A DNA stretch of 64,000 nucleotides from Candidatus Latescibacterota bacterium (GCA_965217865.1 CBDCJO010000002.1:2304001-2368000); one strand, 5' to 3'; positions 41,501 through 51,547 are shown, counted from the stretch's first letter. The notes: a model not told the origin generated them from the sequence alone. Numbers and translations are program-made.

Positions 41501-42409
41501 GTGCAACTGAGAGCTATCGCCAACACCGACCTGAAGGTCTCTCCCCTCTGCCTGGGCACCATGACCTTCGGCACACCCGTCGGGGAAAAGGACGCCATCG
41601 ACATCGTGCACTGGGCCCTGGACCACGGCCTGAACTTAATCGACACGGCCAACGTGTACGAGGGCTATACGCGCTGCATCGGCTCGGCTGGAGGCGTGGC
41701 CGAGGGGATCCTCGGCAGGGCGCTGGCCGTGCTCGCGACCAAGGTGGGGATGAAGATCGGGCCCGGCGAGGATGACGAGGGTTTGAGTCCCCCACACATC
41801 CTGCGCGAGTGCGACCGTAGCCTCGAGCGTCTGGCCACCGACTGGATCGATCTCTACTACATGCATAAGCCCGACGACAAAACGCCGATCGCCGAGTCGA
41901 TCCAGGCTTTCGCGGAGCTCGTGCAGGCCGGCAAGGTCCGGCACTGGGGACTGTCCAATTTCGACGCCGGCCAGGTACGGCAGGTGCTGCAAACCTGCGA
42001 CGAGGGTGGCTGGCCTCGGCCGGTGGTACACCAGCCCCCCTACAGTCTGCTCAACCGGGCGATCGAGCAAGATCTGCTGCCCCTGTGCCGGGAGGAAGAG
42101 ATCGCCGTGGTGCCCTACCAGGTGCTGCAGGGAGGGCTGCTCACGGGCAAGTATGCGGACCCGGCTGCGCCGCCGGAATGCTCGCGTGGTGCCGAGAAGC
42201 CTGAGTGGATCCCCATGCTGGAGGACGGCGATGCGCTGGAGGAACTGGTCCGGCTGCGTGCACGGGCCGAAGAGAAAGGCTTGAACCTGTTCGAGTACAC
42301 GATTCGCAAGACCTCGAACACACCAGGCATCACGAGCATCATCCTGGGGGTGAAGCGATCGGAGCAGATGGAGCAGGCCATTCGCACGCTTTCTGACGAC
42401 CGTGAATAG
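41501..42409 (+). CDS. Aldo/keto reductase
   Basis: LCLGTMTFG, IDTANVY, LATKV, IDLYYMH, WGLSN; GAGGAGG RBS before GTG at 41501. Confidence 0.9.
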   Translation: MQLRAIANTDLKVSPLCLGTMTFGTPVGEKDAIDIVHWALDHGLNLIDTANVYEGYTRCIGSAGGVAEGILGRALAVLATKVGMKIGPGEDDEGLSPPHILRECDRSLERLATDWIDLYYMHKPDDKTPIAESIQAFAELVQAGKVRHWGLSNFDAGQVRQVLQTCDEGGWPRPVVHQPPYSLLNRAIEQDLLPLCREEEIAVVPYQVLQGGLLTGKYADPAAPPECSRGAEKPEWIPMLEDGDALEELVRLRARAEEKGLNLFEYTIRKTSNTPGITSIILGVKRSEQMEQAIRTLSDDRE

Positions 42410-42415
42410 AGTGCC

Positions 42416-42636
42416 ATCGTAACCCCAAGCCGTTCATCAAATCGATCCACGCCTGGCACCCCACGCTCGTACCCCTCGGCGATGGGGAAATCCTGGCCGG
42501 CTTCGACCTGGCCGAGGCCATCTCCGCCAGCAACTACCGATCGTATGTTTCCCGCTCCACCGACGACGGCGAGATTTGGAGCGATCCGGTCAGACTCGCG
42601 CCCGGCCACATGTCACGGACTTCATCCGCCTCAGCC
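42416..42636 (+). pseudogene. Partial duplicate of the 5' end of 42922..44016
   Basis: Near-identical to 42953..43177, lacks a start and has a small deletion. Confidence 0.85.
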
Positions 42637-42762
42637 TGAAGGAGAGCTTGAGCTCAACATAGGCGGCTTCTTCCGGGCTGAGAGACAGGAAATCTGCAAG
42701 CGTCACCGATATCGCTGTCCCCCCCGACATCGTAAGGCCAAGCTAATCTGCCTGGATTTTGT

Positions 42763-42791
42763 TTGACAGCGGTTGCACAGCGACGTATCAT
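42763..42791 (+). promoter_or_regulatory. Sigma70-type promoter
   Basis: TTGACA-N17-TATCAT upstream of 42922. Confidence 0.7.
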
Positions 42792-42921
42792 ATTGCCTTT
42801 GCCTTGCCAACGGGGGACAGGGTTGCGCTGATCTTTCGGGTTCAATATCTGGGACGAGGCATCCCTTTCGCTTACGCTTGGGTCTCACGTTTTAACCCTT
42901 CTAAGACCAGAGGGGGGAATC

Positions 42922-44016
42922 ATGATCGAGGTTGTAGCCACCGGACTCGTCTATCGCAACCCAAAGTCGTTCATCAAATCGATCCATGCCTGGCACCCCA
43001 CGCTCGTACCCCTCGGCGATGGGGAAATCCTGGCCGGCTTCGACCTGGCCGAGGCCATCTCCGCCACAAACTACCGATCGTATGTTTCCCGCTCCACCGA
43101 CCACGGCGAAACCTGGAGCGATCCGGTCAGACTCGCCCCTGGCCACACCGATGTTACGGACTTCATCCGCCTCAGCCGGCTCTCAGACGGCACGATCATC
43201 GGCGTGGGGGTTCGCAAGGAGCCGGATGAAGAGACCCAGGGGTGGAACCCCGAAACCTATGGGTGCCGAGAGGGAGAGTGGTTCACGATCCGGAGCAGCG
43301 ATAAAGGAGTGACCTGGAGCGATCCGGCTGTGTTCGAGCCGACGTTCACCGGGCAGCCTTACGAGCTGTGTCACGCCATCGTCGAGGTGAGTGATGGCCG
43401 GCTGCTGTTGCCGACCGGATTGGTGCGCACCTGGGAGGGTGACGCGCCGCACGGGCTCATGACCATCGCCATGGTCTCGCACGATCAAGGCGCGACCTGG
43501 CCGGATTCCATCGAGCTGTTCAAAGACCCCGAAGGTGAGGTCCTCTACCACGAAGTGAGTCTGATAGAGCTGCCGGGCGGCGGGTTGCTGACTGTGGCGT
43601 GGCCATTCAACCCCTCGGTGGGGCAGACCGTTCTTAAGGTGCCGTTTGCGGTGGCGCCCGACGGCAAACAGTTCACGGTGCGCGGATCGACGGAGATACC
43701 CGGCGAGACGACCAAACTCGTCAGTCTCGGTGACAATCGCGTGCTGGCCCTCCTGCGGTGTACGGACAAACCCGGGTTGTGGGCGTACGTGGCGAGGTTG
43801 GAGGGGAATCAGTGGATCAACGAAGCCGAAGCGCCCGTGTGGCAAGGGTCCGAGTCCAGGATGTTCGGCGAGACAGCCGCGGCAGCCGAACTGGCCGCCC
43901 TGCACTTCGGTTTTCCAAATATGATCCGCCTGCCCGACGGCGACGTTCTCGGGGCCTTCTGGTGTCGCGAGGACTGCATCCACAATATCCGCTGGTTGCG
44001 TATCCGGGTGGACTGA
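42922..44016 (+). CDS. BNR/Asp-box sialidase-like protein
   Basis: STDHGETW, SSDKGVTW, SHDQGATW; FGFP at the position of GYP. Confidence 0.82.
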   Translation: MIEVVATGLVYRNPKSFIKSIHAWHPTLVPLGDGEILAGFDLAEAISATNYRSYVSRSTDHGETWSDPVRLAPGHTDVTDFIRLSRLSDGTIIGVGVRKEPDEETQGWNPETYGCREGEWFTIRSSDKGVTWSDPAVFEPTFTGQPYELCHAIVEVSDGRLLLPTGLVRTWEGDAPHGLMTIAMVSHDQGATWPDSIELFKDPEGEVLYHEVSLIELPGGGLLTVAWPFNPSVGQTVLKVPFAVAPDGKQFTVRGSTEIPGETTKLVSLGDNRVLALLRCTDKPGLWAYVARLEGNQWINEAEAPVWQGSESRMFGETAAAAELAALHFGFPNMIRLPDGDVLGAFWCREDCIHNIRWLRIRVD

Positions 44017-44062
44017 GGTTTCGAGAGGTGGGTAATAAGGTGTGATGGACGGAACAGTCTAG

Positions 44063-44251
44063 CACCAAAGCGGCTCGCGCTACGGCAGGGTGCAGGACCT
44101 GGTCAATACCGTCCAGCTGGTCGCGGAAGGGAAAATAAAGTCCATCATTCCAGACCTGTTTCCCCTCGAGGAGGCAAACGAGGCGATGGCTTCCCTGCGC
44201 GCCGGTAAGGTGTTGGGGCGAACGGTCCTCCTGACGGAGGCGGGTTGGTAG
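44063..44251 (+). pseudogene. C-terminal remnant of a zinc-type alcohol dehydrogenase (not in the ORF track)
   Basis: GSRYGRVQDLVNTVQLVAEGKIKSIIPDLFPLEEANEAMASLRAGKVLGRTVL. Confidence 0.75.
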
Positions 44252-44378
44252 GCTACATGAGTTCATTCACCCACGGCCAAGGGGATCTGGTGACCCATCA
44301 TCTGCTTGACGCCTTTTTGCCGGGTTGCCCTGCGATGTCGGATGGTGTGCCGTCCCGAGAGGCCCTGAGGGAGGTGAC

Positions 44379-45305
44379 ATGAGCGCTTACGATGATTTTC
44401 GACGAAAGATCGCGGGGCCGATGGCGCCGCTGCCGATCTTCTACAAGGACGACCTCAGCGTCGACTACGACGGCATCGGCAAATACACGGCGTGGCTGGT
44501 CCAGGGCGGGATCAGGAACATGTGCCTGACCTACAGCTACAGCCGGATCGCCTTCGTGACCCAGGCCGAGCTGATCGAGGTGACGCGCACGATCGCGCGA
44601 GTCGTGGGGGACCGTGCGGTCTTCATCGGCTGCACACGGATGGAATCCGCTGAGGAAGCCGTCGAATCCGTGCGGCAAATCCGCGAGGCCGGGGCCCACG
44701 CCGCGTTCGTCATGCCGCAGATGGAATGGCTGTCCGGGACGCTCTGTCGGAACTTCCTGCGCCACGTGGCCGCAGCGACCGACGTTCCCCTGCTATTCGT
44801 CAGTCTTCCGACGCCTGGGGATCCGAGCAAACCGAACTTGAGTGCCGACGACTACGAGGTGTTGCTGGAGCACGAGAACATCGTGGGAGTCAAGGAAGAC
44901 TTTAACGACATCCCCTACCGCATGGCGCTCATCCGCAGATACGGTCAGCGTCTCTGTATTATCGGAGGCGGGGTGCTGCGCAACTACCTGTTCGTGCACC
45001 GGTATCCACAGCAGGGAGAGTTGGCCGGGCACTTCAGTCCTCGGGCGTCCGGGCGCTTCGTGCAGCTGCTCGATGAGGGCTGTCTGGACGAGGCCATCAC
45101 CCTGATCGAGCAGCGCGATGTGGCCGTCAACGATTTCCCCCAGGGGCTGGACTGGCAGTCGAAAAACCAGGTCTACATGAAGGGCCTGGGGTTCGCCGAG
45201 AGCGTGCGGATGCGTCCCCCGCTCGTGGCGGCCACTGGCGACCAGGTCCGTGACGTGATCAAGCGGATGCGCAAGTACCCCACTGTCTTCGAAATGCCTT
45301 CCTGA
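44379..45305 (+). CDS. DHDPS/NAL-family aldolase, close paralog of 36671..37615
   Basis: MSAYDDFRRKIAGP vs MSIYEDFRKKIKGP; NIVGVKEDFN; GGAGG RBS. Confidence 0.85.
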   Translation: MSAYDDFRRKIAGPMAPLPIFYKDDLSVDYDGIGKYTAWLVQGGIRNMCLTYSYSRIAFVTQAELIEVTRTIARVVGDRAVFIGCTRMESAEEAVESVRQIREAGAHAAFVMPQMEWLSGTLCRNFLRHVAAATDVPLLFVSLPTPGDPSKPNLSADDYEVLLEHENIVGVKEDFNDIPYRMALIRRYGQRLCIIGGGVLRNYLFVHRYPQQGELAGHFSPRASGRFVQLLDEGCLDEAITLIEQRDVAVNDFPQGLDWQSKNQVYMKGLGFAESVRMRPPLVAATGDQVRDVIKRMRKYPTVFEMPS

Positions 45306-45356
45306 ATCCGGTCCTGAAGGCCCAACCGCTGAGTTGTTATCACTGCGAGCCAACTT

Positions 45357-46889
45357 TTGAGCACCCGACCGAACATCCTTCTGATCCTCACCGACCAGCA
45401 CGCGCCGAAGGTGGCCGGGTTCGCCGGGGACCCGGATGTACGCACGCAGAACCTTGACGCCCTGGCCCGGGGTTCGGTGCAGTTCCAGCAGGCGATCTGT
45501 CCTTCCCCGTGCTGCACGCCATCACGCATGTGCATGCTGACCGGCAAAGACGTCGAGCATTGTGCCGCTTGGGCCAACCACTGGATCATCTTTCCGGAGC
45601 ACCTCACCTGGCCGCAGCATTTCGCCGATAACGGCTACACCACCTGCCTCGTCGGCAAAATGCACTTCGGCGGGCGGGACCAGATGCAGGGCTTCACGCA
45701 TCGACCCTACGGTGACCTGCGGCACGGATTGGGTCACCAGCCCGATCCCCTGTCCATGTTTCCGGGTTACCACCACGTGGAAAGCGCTGGGGTCACGGAA
45801 ATACCTGAAAGTCTCTTACAGGACGTCGTGGTCACGGGAGAGACACTGTCGTTCCTTCGTGAGCATCAGGATCAAAATCCGGACAAGCCGTGGTTCGTGT
45901 GTGCCGGGTACTCGCGGCCTCATTCGCCTCTGACGGCGCCGGGTCGGTACATTCGACGTTACCGCGACCGATTGCCCAAAGTTGAAGAACCGAAGCCGGA
46001 CCGGCTCGAGCCCTTCGCCCGGAATCTTTATGACCGGATCTCCGGTGCGTTAAACGCAGAGCAGAGACAGCGAGGCCTGGAAGCCTATTACGCGTGTGTG
46101 GACTTCGTGGATGACTGCATCGGGGAGCTACTGGAAGGTCTGGAAGAGAGCGGCCTGCTTGACAACACGATCGTGATCTACACCAGTGACCACGGCGAAA
46201 TGGCGGGTGTGCACGGGTTGTGGCAGAAGGGGGTGTATTACGAGCCGTCGGTAGGAGTTCCCCTGCTCATGCAGGGGCCGGGGATCGCGCCGGGTCACCT
46301 CGACGTGAACCGGGTGATCTCGTTGATCGACCTGTACCCGACCACAAGTGCGCTGTGCGGTCTGCCGGTTCCGGAGGGCCTGGATGGTGTGGATTTCAGC
46401 CGTGTTTTGCGCGATCCCGCCTCAGCGGATGCTCCCCGGCCTTATGCCATCTCACAGATGTTTGCCCAGGGATCGCGTGTCGCGTCCATGCAGGTCCCGA
46501 TCGACACACCGTATCGCGCGTGGCGGGCCATCCGGACCGAAGGGTGGAAATATATCGACGTGCAGGGCGGTGACCCCCTGTTGTTCGATTTGCGGAACGA
46601 CCCGGGCGAATCGACGAACCTGGCAGTAGGCCATCCGGACCACGCCGCCCGCTGTCAGGAGCTGCGCGCGTTCCTGTTCGAAGGTTTCAGCTGGAAGCAA
46701 GCCATGCGTCAACTGGAAGACGACCGGCGACGGATTGGGGAACACCTTTCGGGACTCAAACCGACCGTGCCCAATCAATACATGCTTGCGGATGGACGGA
46801 CCTTTGATGCCGAGGCTGGGCTGTATGGAGCCCGATGGCTGGTCGAACCCGACGCGACCGGCGGCATCATCCCACAGCAGTTTGGGTAA
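45357..46889 (+). CDS. Formylglycine-dependent (S1) sulfatase, choline-sulfatase-like
   Basis: RPNILLILTDQH, CTPSR, GKMH, YTSDHG. Confidence 0.92.
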   Translation: MSTRPNILLILTDQHAPKVAGFAGDPDVRTQNLDALARGSVQFQQAICPSPCCTPSRMCMLTGKDVEHCAAWANHWIIFPEHLTWPQHFADNGYTTCLVGKMHFGGRDQMQGFTHRPYGDLRHGLGHQPDPLSMFPGYHHVESAGVTEIPESLLQDVVVTGETLSFLREHQDQNPDKPWFVCAGYSRPHSPLTAPGRYIRRYRDRLPKVEEPKPDRLEPFARNLYDRISGALNAEQRQRGLEAYYACVDFVDDCIGELLEGLEESGLLDNTIVIYTSDHGEMAGVHGLWQKGVYYEPSVGVPLLMQGPGIAPGHLDVNRVISLIDLYPTTSALCGLPVPEGLDGVDFSRVLRDPASADAPRPYAISQMFAQGSRVASMQVPIDTPYRAWRAIRTEGWKYIDVQGGDPLLFDLRNDPGESTNLAVGHPDHAARCQELRAFLFEGFSWKQAMRQLEDDRRRIGEHLSGLKPTVPNQYMLADGRTFDAEAGLYGARWLVEPDATGGIIPQQFG

Positions 46890-47069
46890 TAACCGCATGA
46901 GTTTGGGTCCACGATCCTTCTTCGAAAACCTTGTACACCCCTTTTTCTACTATCCTGCAAAGCTAACCCTCGCACATTGAACCCGCATCATCCACACTCC
47001 GGTCCTCATTGAATGGCACTTTGAAATAAACCAGGCGATGCTTGGATGCCTATCCTCTTTTTCAGTGGT

Positions 47070-48383
47070 CTACCGCTGGGGGCTTTCCTCGACGGCGTCT
47101 GTTCCGGATTCCGGGGTAGTTCGCCGGGGGAAGACCCCGGGGGGATAGTCCAATTGCTGTCCCCGGGGCCGTACGAAGTCGGGGCTGTACCGGCTTCCCA
47201 CGATGTAGGTGTGAAACCACGGGTGAAGGATGAGGGTTTCTCCGTACTCCACCTGATCCTCGGGTTTCAAACCGGCGATCTTGCTGATTGCGCAGACCGT
47301 GAACAGGCTGTTGTCGGAAAGCTGCACGGACTGGGGATACCCCACCCCTTTGGGCAGGGATTCATCCCTGATGATTTTCTCGTTTTCGACGTCCCAGCTC
47401 CGGCCTTCGTCGTGACTGATGCATGCCCGCACACCTGTGGGGTGGCGGCGATGGGCGTAGGTGGCCATGATGTCGCCGTTCATGAGGTTGATCAGCTTTG
47501 CGGGAAATCCCCAGAAAGGCACCTGTTCCGGAACGCTCCAGGTGAGACCTCCGTCCTCGGAGGTGCTCTGCCATAGGTTCTGGTCCGCTGCAAACTGGGG
47601 TCGTGCAACGGCCAGGATCCGGCCGGAGGGCATGGCCAGCAGGCTGGTTTCGTTGTATCCGATCTCGTCCGCGGGGTCGAAGAACACCGGCGTGAAGGTC
47701 CAGGTCCTTCCGCTGTCCGTGGAACGGGTTGACCAGACCCGGGTCGTTCGCTCGGTTCGGTTCAACCGTCCGTACACGGCTCCCAGGATGGCCCCGTCGG
47801 GAAGGAGAAGCCCGGATCCGAAAAATCCTACCATGTGGGCAGCCATAGGAAAATCCCCGTGCGGCGCATTATCTATCGGGCTGCTCTTCCAGGTTTTTCC
47901 GTCGTCCTCTGAACGCCAGGTCACGATCTCCGGGTAAACGGCCACGATTCCCCCAAACGCATCATCGACCTGCCATCCTTGAGCCTCGAGTTCAGCCCTT
48001 TTCTCTGCCTTGTACAGGCGATAGGCCATCAGTCCATCGGGCTTGTGCAGATGCCCCAGTCCCTCGCCCTCCAGATGCTCCCGAAGAGAATCCCCGCCCA
48101 GCGTCTGCCCTCCGATGTAGACTCGTGTGCCATCAGGGGCTCTGACCCCGGGGGGAGGAAGCTGATCTTCCGATTCCTCCCACGAGATCCCCCCATCCTC
48201 TGACTGAACCTGCGTTGTCCTGTGATCCTCCACGAAGAAGTCATCGTAGAGTCCGGCCTCCGATTCCGAACTGATGCTCACGATCAGCCGGTCGTCATCC
48301 GCCAGATAAATCACCGCGCTGTTGCTTGAATAACCGGTAAGATCCAACAACGTCATGTCGAATTTCCACGGACCAGCAGCCAT
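47070..48383 (-). CDS. Asp-box sialidase-like protein, distant relative of the paralog array
   Basis: PWKFD N-terminus, five Asp boxes, YNETS, VGYPQSVQLSD. Confidence 0.82.
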   Translation of the reverse strand: MAAGPWKFDMTLLDLTGYSSNSAVIYLADDDRLIVSISSESEAGLYDDFFVEDHRTTQVQSEDGGISWEESEDQLPPPGVRAPDGTRVYIGGQTLGGDSLREHLEGEGLGHLHKPDGLMAYRLYKAEKRAELEAQGWQVDDAFGGIVAVYPEIVTWRSEDDGKTWKSSPIDNAPHGDFPMAAHMVGFFGSGLLLPDGAILGAVYGRLNRTERTTRVWSTRSTDSGRTWTFTPVFFDPADEIGYNETSLLAMPSGRILAVARPQFAADQNLWQSTSEDGGLTWSVPEQVPFWGFPAKLINLMNGDIMATYAHRRHPTGVRACISHDEGRSWDVENEKIIRDESLPKGVGYPQSVQLSDNSLFTVCAISKIAGLKPEDQVEYGETLILHPWFHTYIVGSRYSPDFVRPRGQQLDYPPGVFPRRTTPESGTDAVEESPQR

Positions 48384-48477
48384 CTTAGTACACTCCTTTA
48401 TTCCATTCCAGACTCAGGTTCGGCACGACAACGGTGTCTTCGAGTCTGCGAAAGAGGATTTGGGTTGTTCATAGCAA

Positions 48478-48534
48478 CTTGCACTTTTCATGTTGAAATT
48501 TGCAATTTTCTCCCCTGACCTCCGGCCTCTTCCT
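48478..48534. repeat. Short intergenic repeat mosaic
   Basis: cttgcac/tttgcaa units and ctgacct-ccggcct. Confidence 0.6.
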
Positions 48535-49732
48535 TTATCCTGACCTCGGATAATTATACTTCTCCCCAGGCTCCGGAACCTCCAGCTTCGGACCATATGT
48601 TCCCGTGTAACTCCTTGACCATCGACTGCCACCCGCGAACGGCCAGGGCCTCCCCTCATCGTCATACTTCGTGGCGCTATATGCAGTGAACAGCGTCCCG
48701 TCGGAAAGCTCCACGGTGTTGACCTCCGAAACACGTGCTATGGGAATGTCATCACGGATGATGACCTCCTCGCTCCAGGTTTTGCCCACGTCAGACGTGA
48801 ACCTTGCCCGCGCACCGTATGGCTCTGCAAACCGCCTCTGATAAGAACAGATAATGGTCCCATCCTGCAAGAGCGTCGGTCGCGGATGCTTGGCACGAAT
48901 TGGGGTCTGCACGGGCTCAGACCAGTTCCTCCCTCCGTCTGAAGACCATACAGAATACGCGAAGTTGCCCAGCTCAGTACGCAGCATGACGAATATGTTC
49001 CCGTCTCCGCGATGATCGGAAAAGTCTCCGTAAACCCGGCGTCTGAACACGAGTGTCGCCCGTCTGCCATTAGGATCAGGTCCCAGTTTACGCCCCTGTC
49101 GGAACTTAAAAGGACATAGGTGCTGGACCGCCCATCATAGTAATCAGAGTTTCCCCGTTTCTTGAGATACCTCTTGTCCGGGCCATACCCGTACGCGATG
49201 AAGATCAACGTCCCGTCTTCCAGCAATCTCAATGGACCCCGCGCCACGAGTGCGCGAAAAATGGAAGTTGATCACCAATCGATCGCTCTTCCCAGGTCTG
49301 ACCCCCATCCTTCGAAACCTTCATAAAAATTCCATCGATATACGCACAATAGTCGTGCACTTCACCGTGATCAAGGACCATATAACCCTCGGCTTTGAGA
49401 CGCCCGATCTCGGAGCGCGGGCAGCGAGTCCAGCCCGTACCGCCCATCTCGACCATCGTCTTGTCCGGCAGCACCACACCTCCGTGGGAAGGCGCTGGCC
49501 AGGGGCGATCCGTGATCTTCCAGGTCAACCCGCCGTCTTCGGACAGCAGTACCACAGATGTTTCCTGGGCTCTCCAGGCATCGGTGCTCTGACTGGCATC
49601 GAAACAGATGCTTACAGGCATCCATAGCCGGTCCTTTCCATCGCAATAGAGGAGACCCTGGTTCACTTCTTCATACTGGGGACTACACAGGATATCCACA
49701 TCCCATTTCCATGGCTTTGTTGGATCCAGCAT
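48535..49732 (-). CDS. Asp-box propeller paralog E, two 1-nt deletions
   Basis: Three ORFs join by restoring one base at ~49249 (FAH|FVARG) and ~49011 (PII|RGDG). Confidence 0.8.
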
Positions 49733-49754
49733 AAAAACACCCTAGGGTTTGGGG

Positions 49755-50323
49755 TTTTCATTGCAACTTGCACTTTGCTATTTCCCTCGCCTGATCCTGC
49801 CTTTGCTCTTCCTGCCATTGCTACTGCTTTTCCCGTTTCACGTCTCAAGTTTGACGTTTCACGTTTTTTCTTCCCCCTGACCTCCGACCACCATTTTCGT
49901 AGCCTGTTGCAGTTGCTTAACGCTCTCCTTCCGGAGAGAACCAGCCTGTATCTGCGCGGCCAGTTCCCGGCTGCCTCAAACCGTGTCTATCTGCTTCCTG
50001 GGAAAAGAGATACCGTTTGTACTCCGACGGGCATTTTATGAGCATTCGGTAGTGCGTCCAGGTCAATTTTGAACGCGCGTTCAAAATTGACCTGGACGGG
50101 TGAAACCGAAGAAATTCTTACAAATCCTCACGCTGGCCCCCGGCTTTTCACGTCCAGGTTAATTCTGCGCGCGCGCGCAGAATTGGAAAGCGATTTCGTT
50201 ACGTAACATACTGTAAATATTTATGATAAGTGAATTTATTGTCTCGGACTATAATAAGCCTGTTAGCTCATGCCTTGCCACTGCTACTGCATTTTCGTCC
50301 CCCTACCTCCCGAGCCTCGTTCT
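49755..50323. repeat. Intergenic repeat mosaic (49755..49897, 50269..50323) interrupted by a palindrome-bearing insert
   Basis: Standard repeat words on both sides of an unrelated ~360 bp segment. Confidence 0.75.
50055..50098. repeat. Perfect 44-bp palindrome; related 24-bp palindrome at 50161..50184
   Basis: cgtccaggtcaattttgaacgc|gcgttcaaaattgacctggacg; aattctgcgcgc|gcgcgcagaatt. Confidence 0.95.
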
Positions 50324-51547
50324 TCAATCCAACCTCGGATAATTATACTTCTCCCCGGCCTCTGGCACTTCCAGGTTCGGGCCGTATGGGCTCCGGTAGC
50401 TCCTCGTCCACCGACTCCCACCCAGAAACGGCCAATCCCTCCCCTCATCGTCGTACTTCTTGGCACCGAACGAAGTGAAAAGCGTCCCGTCCGACAGTTC
50501 CACTGTATTGATCCCACCCAGCCCGTCATCTACGGGGATACAGTCACGGATCACCACCTCGTCGCTCCAGGTTTTCCCCATATCCGAAGTGAACCTTGCA
50601 CGCACACCGTAGGGCGGAGCAAACCGCCTTTGATACGAGCAGGCTACCGTCCCGTCCCTCAAGGCCGTCGGTTCAGGATGCTTGGCACGGATCGGGGTCT
50701 GAGCCGGCTCAGACCAGGTCTTCCCTCCGTCGGAAGACCATACGGAATACGCGAAGTTGCTCAGCGACGTGTGCAGCATAACGAATATGTTCCCATCTCC
50801 TTGGACTATGGAGAAAGTCTCGGTAAACCCGGAGTCTGAACACGACTTTCGCCCATCCGCCATCAGGACCAAGTCCCAATTCGCACCGTCATCAGCACTC
50901 CGTAAGATATACGTGCTGGATCTGCCGCTATTGTAGTTGGAGCGCAACCCTTTCTGTCCCCATGGCCCCCCCTCTGCCGGATGCCTGTCTTCCTTCCCAT
51001 ACCCGTACGCGATGAAGATCAACGTCCCGTCGTCCAGCAAACGCAGCGGACCCCGGGCAACGAAGTGCGCGAAGAAAGGAAGCTGGTCGCGAATCGATCG
51101 CTCCTCCCAGGTCTGACCTTCATCCCGGGAAACCTTCACCAATACCTCATTGATGTACGCACAGTAGTCGTGTTCTTCCCCAAGGTCCCAAACCATATAA
51201 CCCTCGGCCTCGAGCCGTTCGATCTCGGTTCGGGGCAATCGCGTCCAGCCCGTACCCCCCATTTCGACCATCGTCTTGTCCGAAAGAACGACATGGCTGT
51301 GAGAAAGCCCCGGGCGAGGACGATCCGTGATCTGCCAGGTCAGCCCCCCGTCTTCCGAAAGCAGGACGATCGGTGTCTCTACCGAGGTCCAGGCGTCGGT
51401 GTCCTGACTGGCGTCGAAGCAGATGCTTACAGGCAGCCAGAGACGGTCCTGTTCTTCGCAATGGAGCGGCCCATGGCCCATGCCCTCGTACTGCGGGCTG
51501 CGCAGGATGTCTACATCCCATTTCCACGGCTTTGATGGATCCAGCAT
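50324..51547 (-). CDS. Asp-box propeller paralog F, intact
   Basis: MLDPSKPWKWD start after GGAGG; five Asp boxes; conserved C-terminus. Confidence 0.88.
   Translation of the reverse strand: MLDPSKPWKWDVDILRSPQYEGMGHGPLHCEEQDRLWLPVSICFDASQDTDAWTSVETPIVLLSEDGGLTWQITDRPRPGLSHSHVVLSDKTMVEMGGTGWTRLPRTEIERLEAEGYMVWDLGEEHDYCAYINEVLVKVSRDEGQTWEERSIRDQLPFFAHFVARGPLRLLDDGTLIFIAYGYGKEDRHPAEGGPWGQKGLRSNYNSGRSSTYILRSADDGANWDLVLMADGRKSCSDSGFTETFSIVQGDGNIFVMLHTSLSNFAYSVWSSDGGKTWSEPAQTPIRAKHPEPTALRDGTVACSYQRRFAPPYGVRARFTSDMGKTWSDEVVIRDCIPVDDGLGGINTVELSDGTLFTSFGAKKYDDEGRDWPFLGGSRWTRSYRSPYGPNLEVPEAGEKYNYPRLD

Noticed and set aside
50204-50231. dif-like site (ttatgataagt resembles the XerD arm)
   Set aside because: No matching XerC arm at 6-bp spacing.
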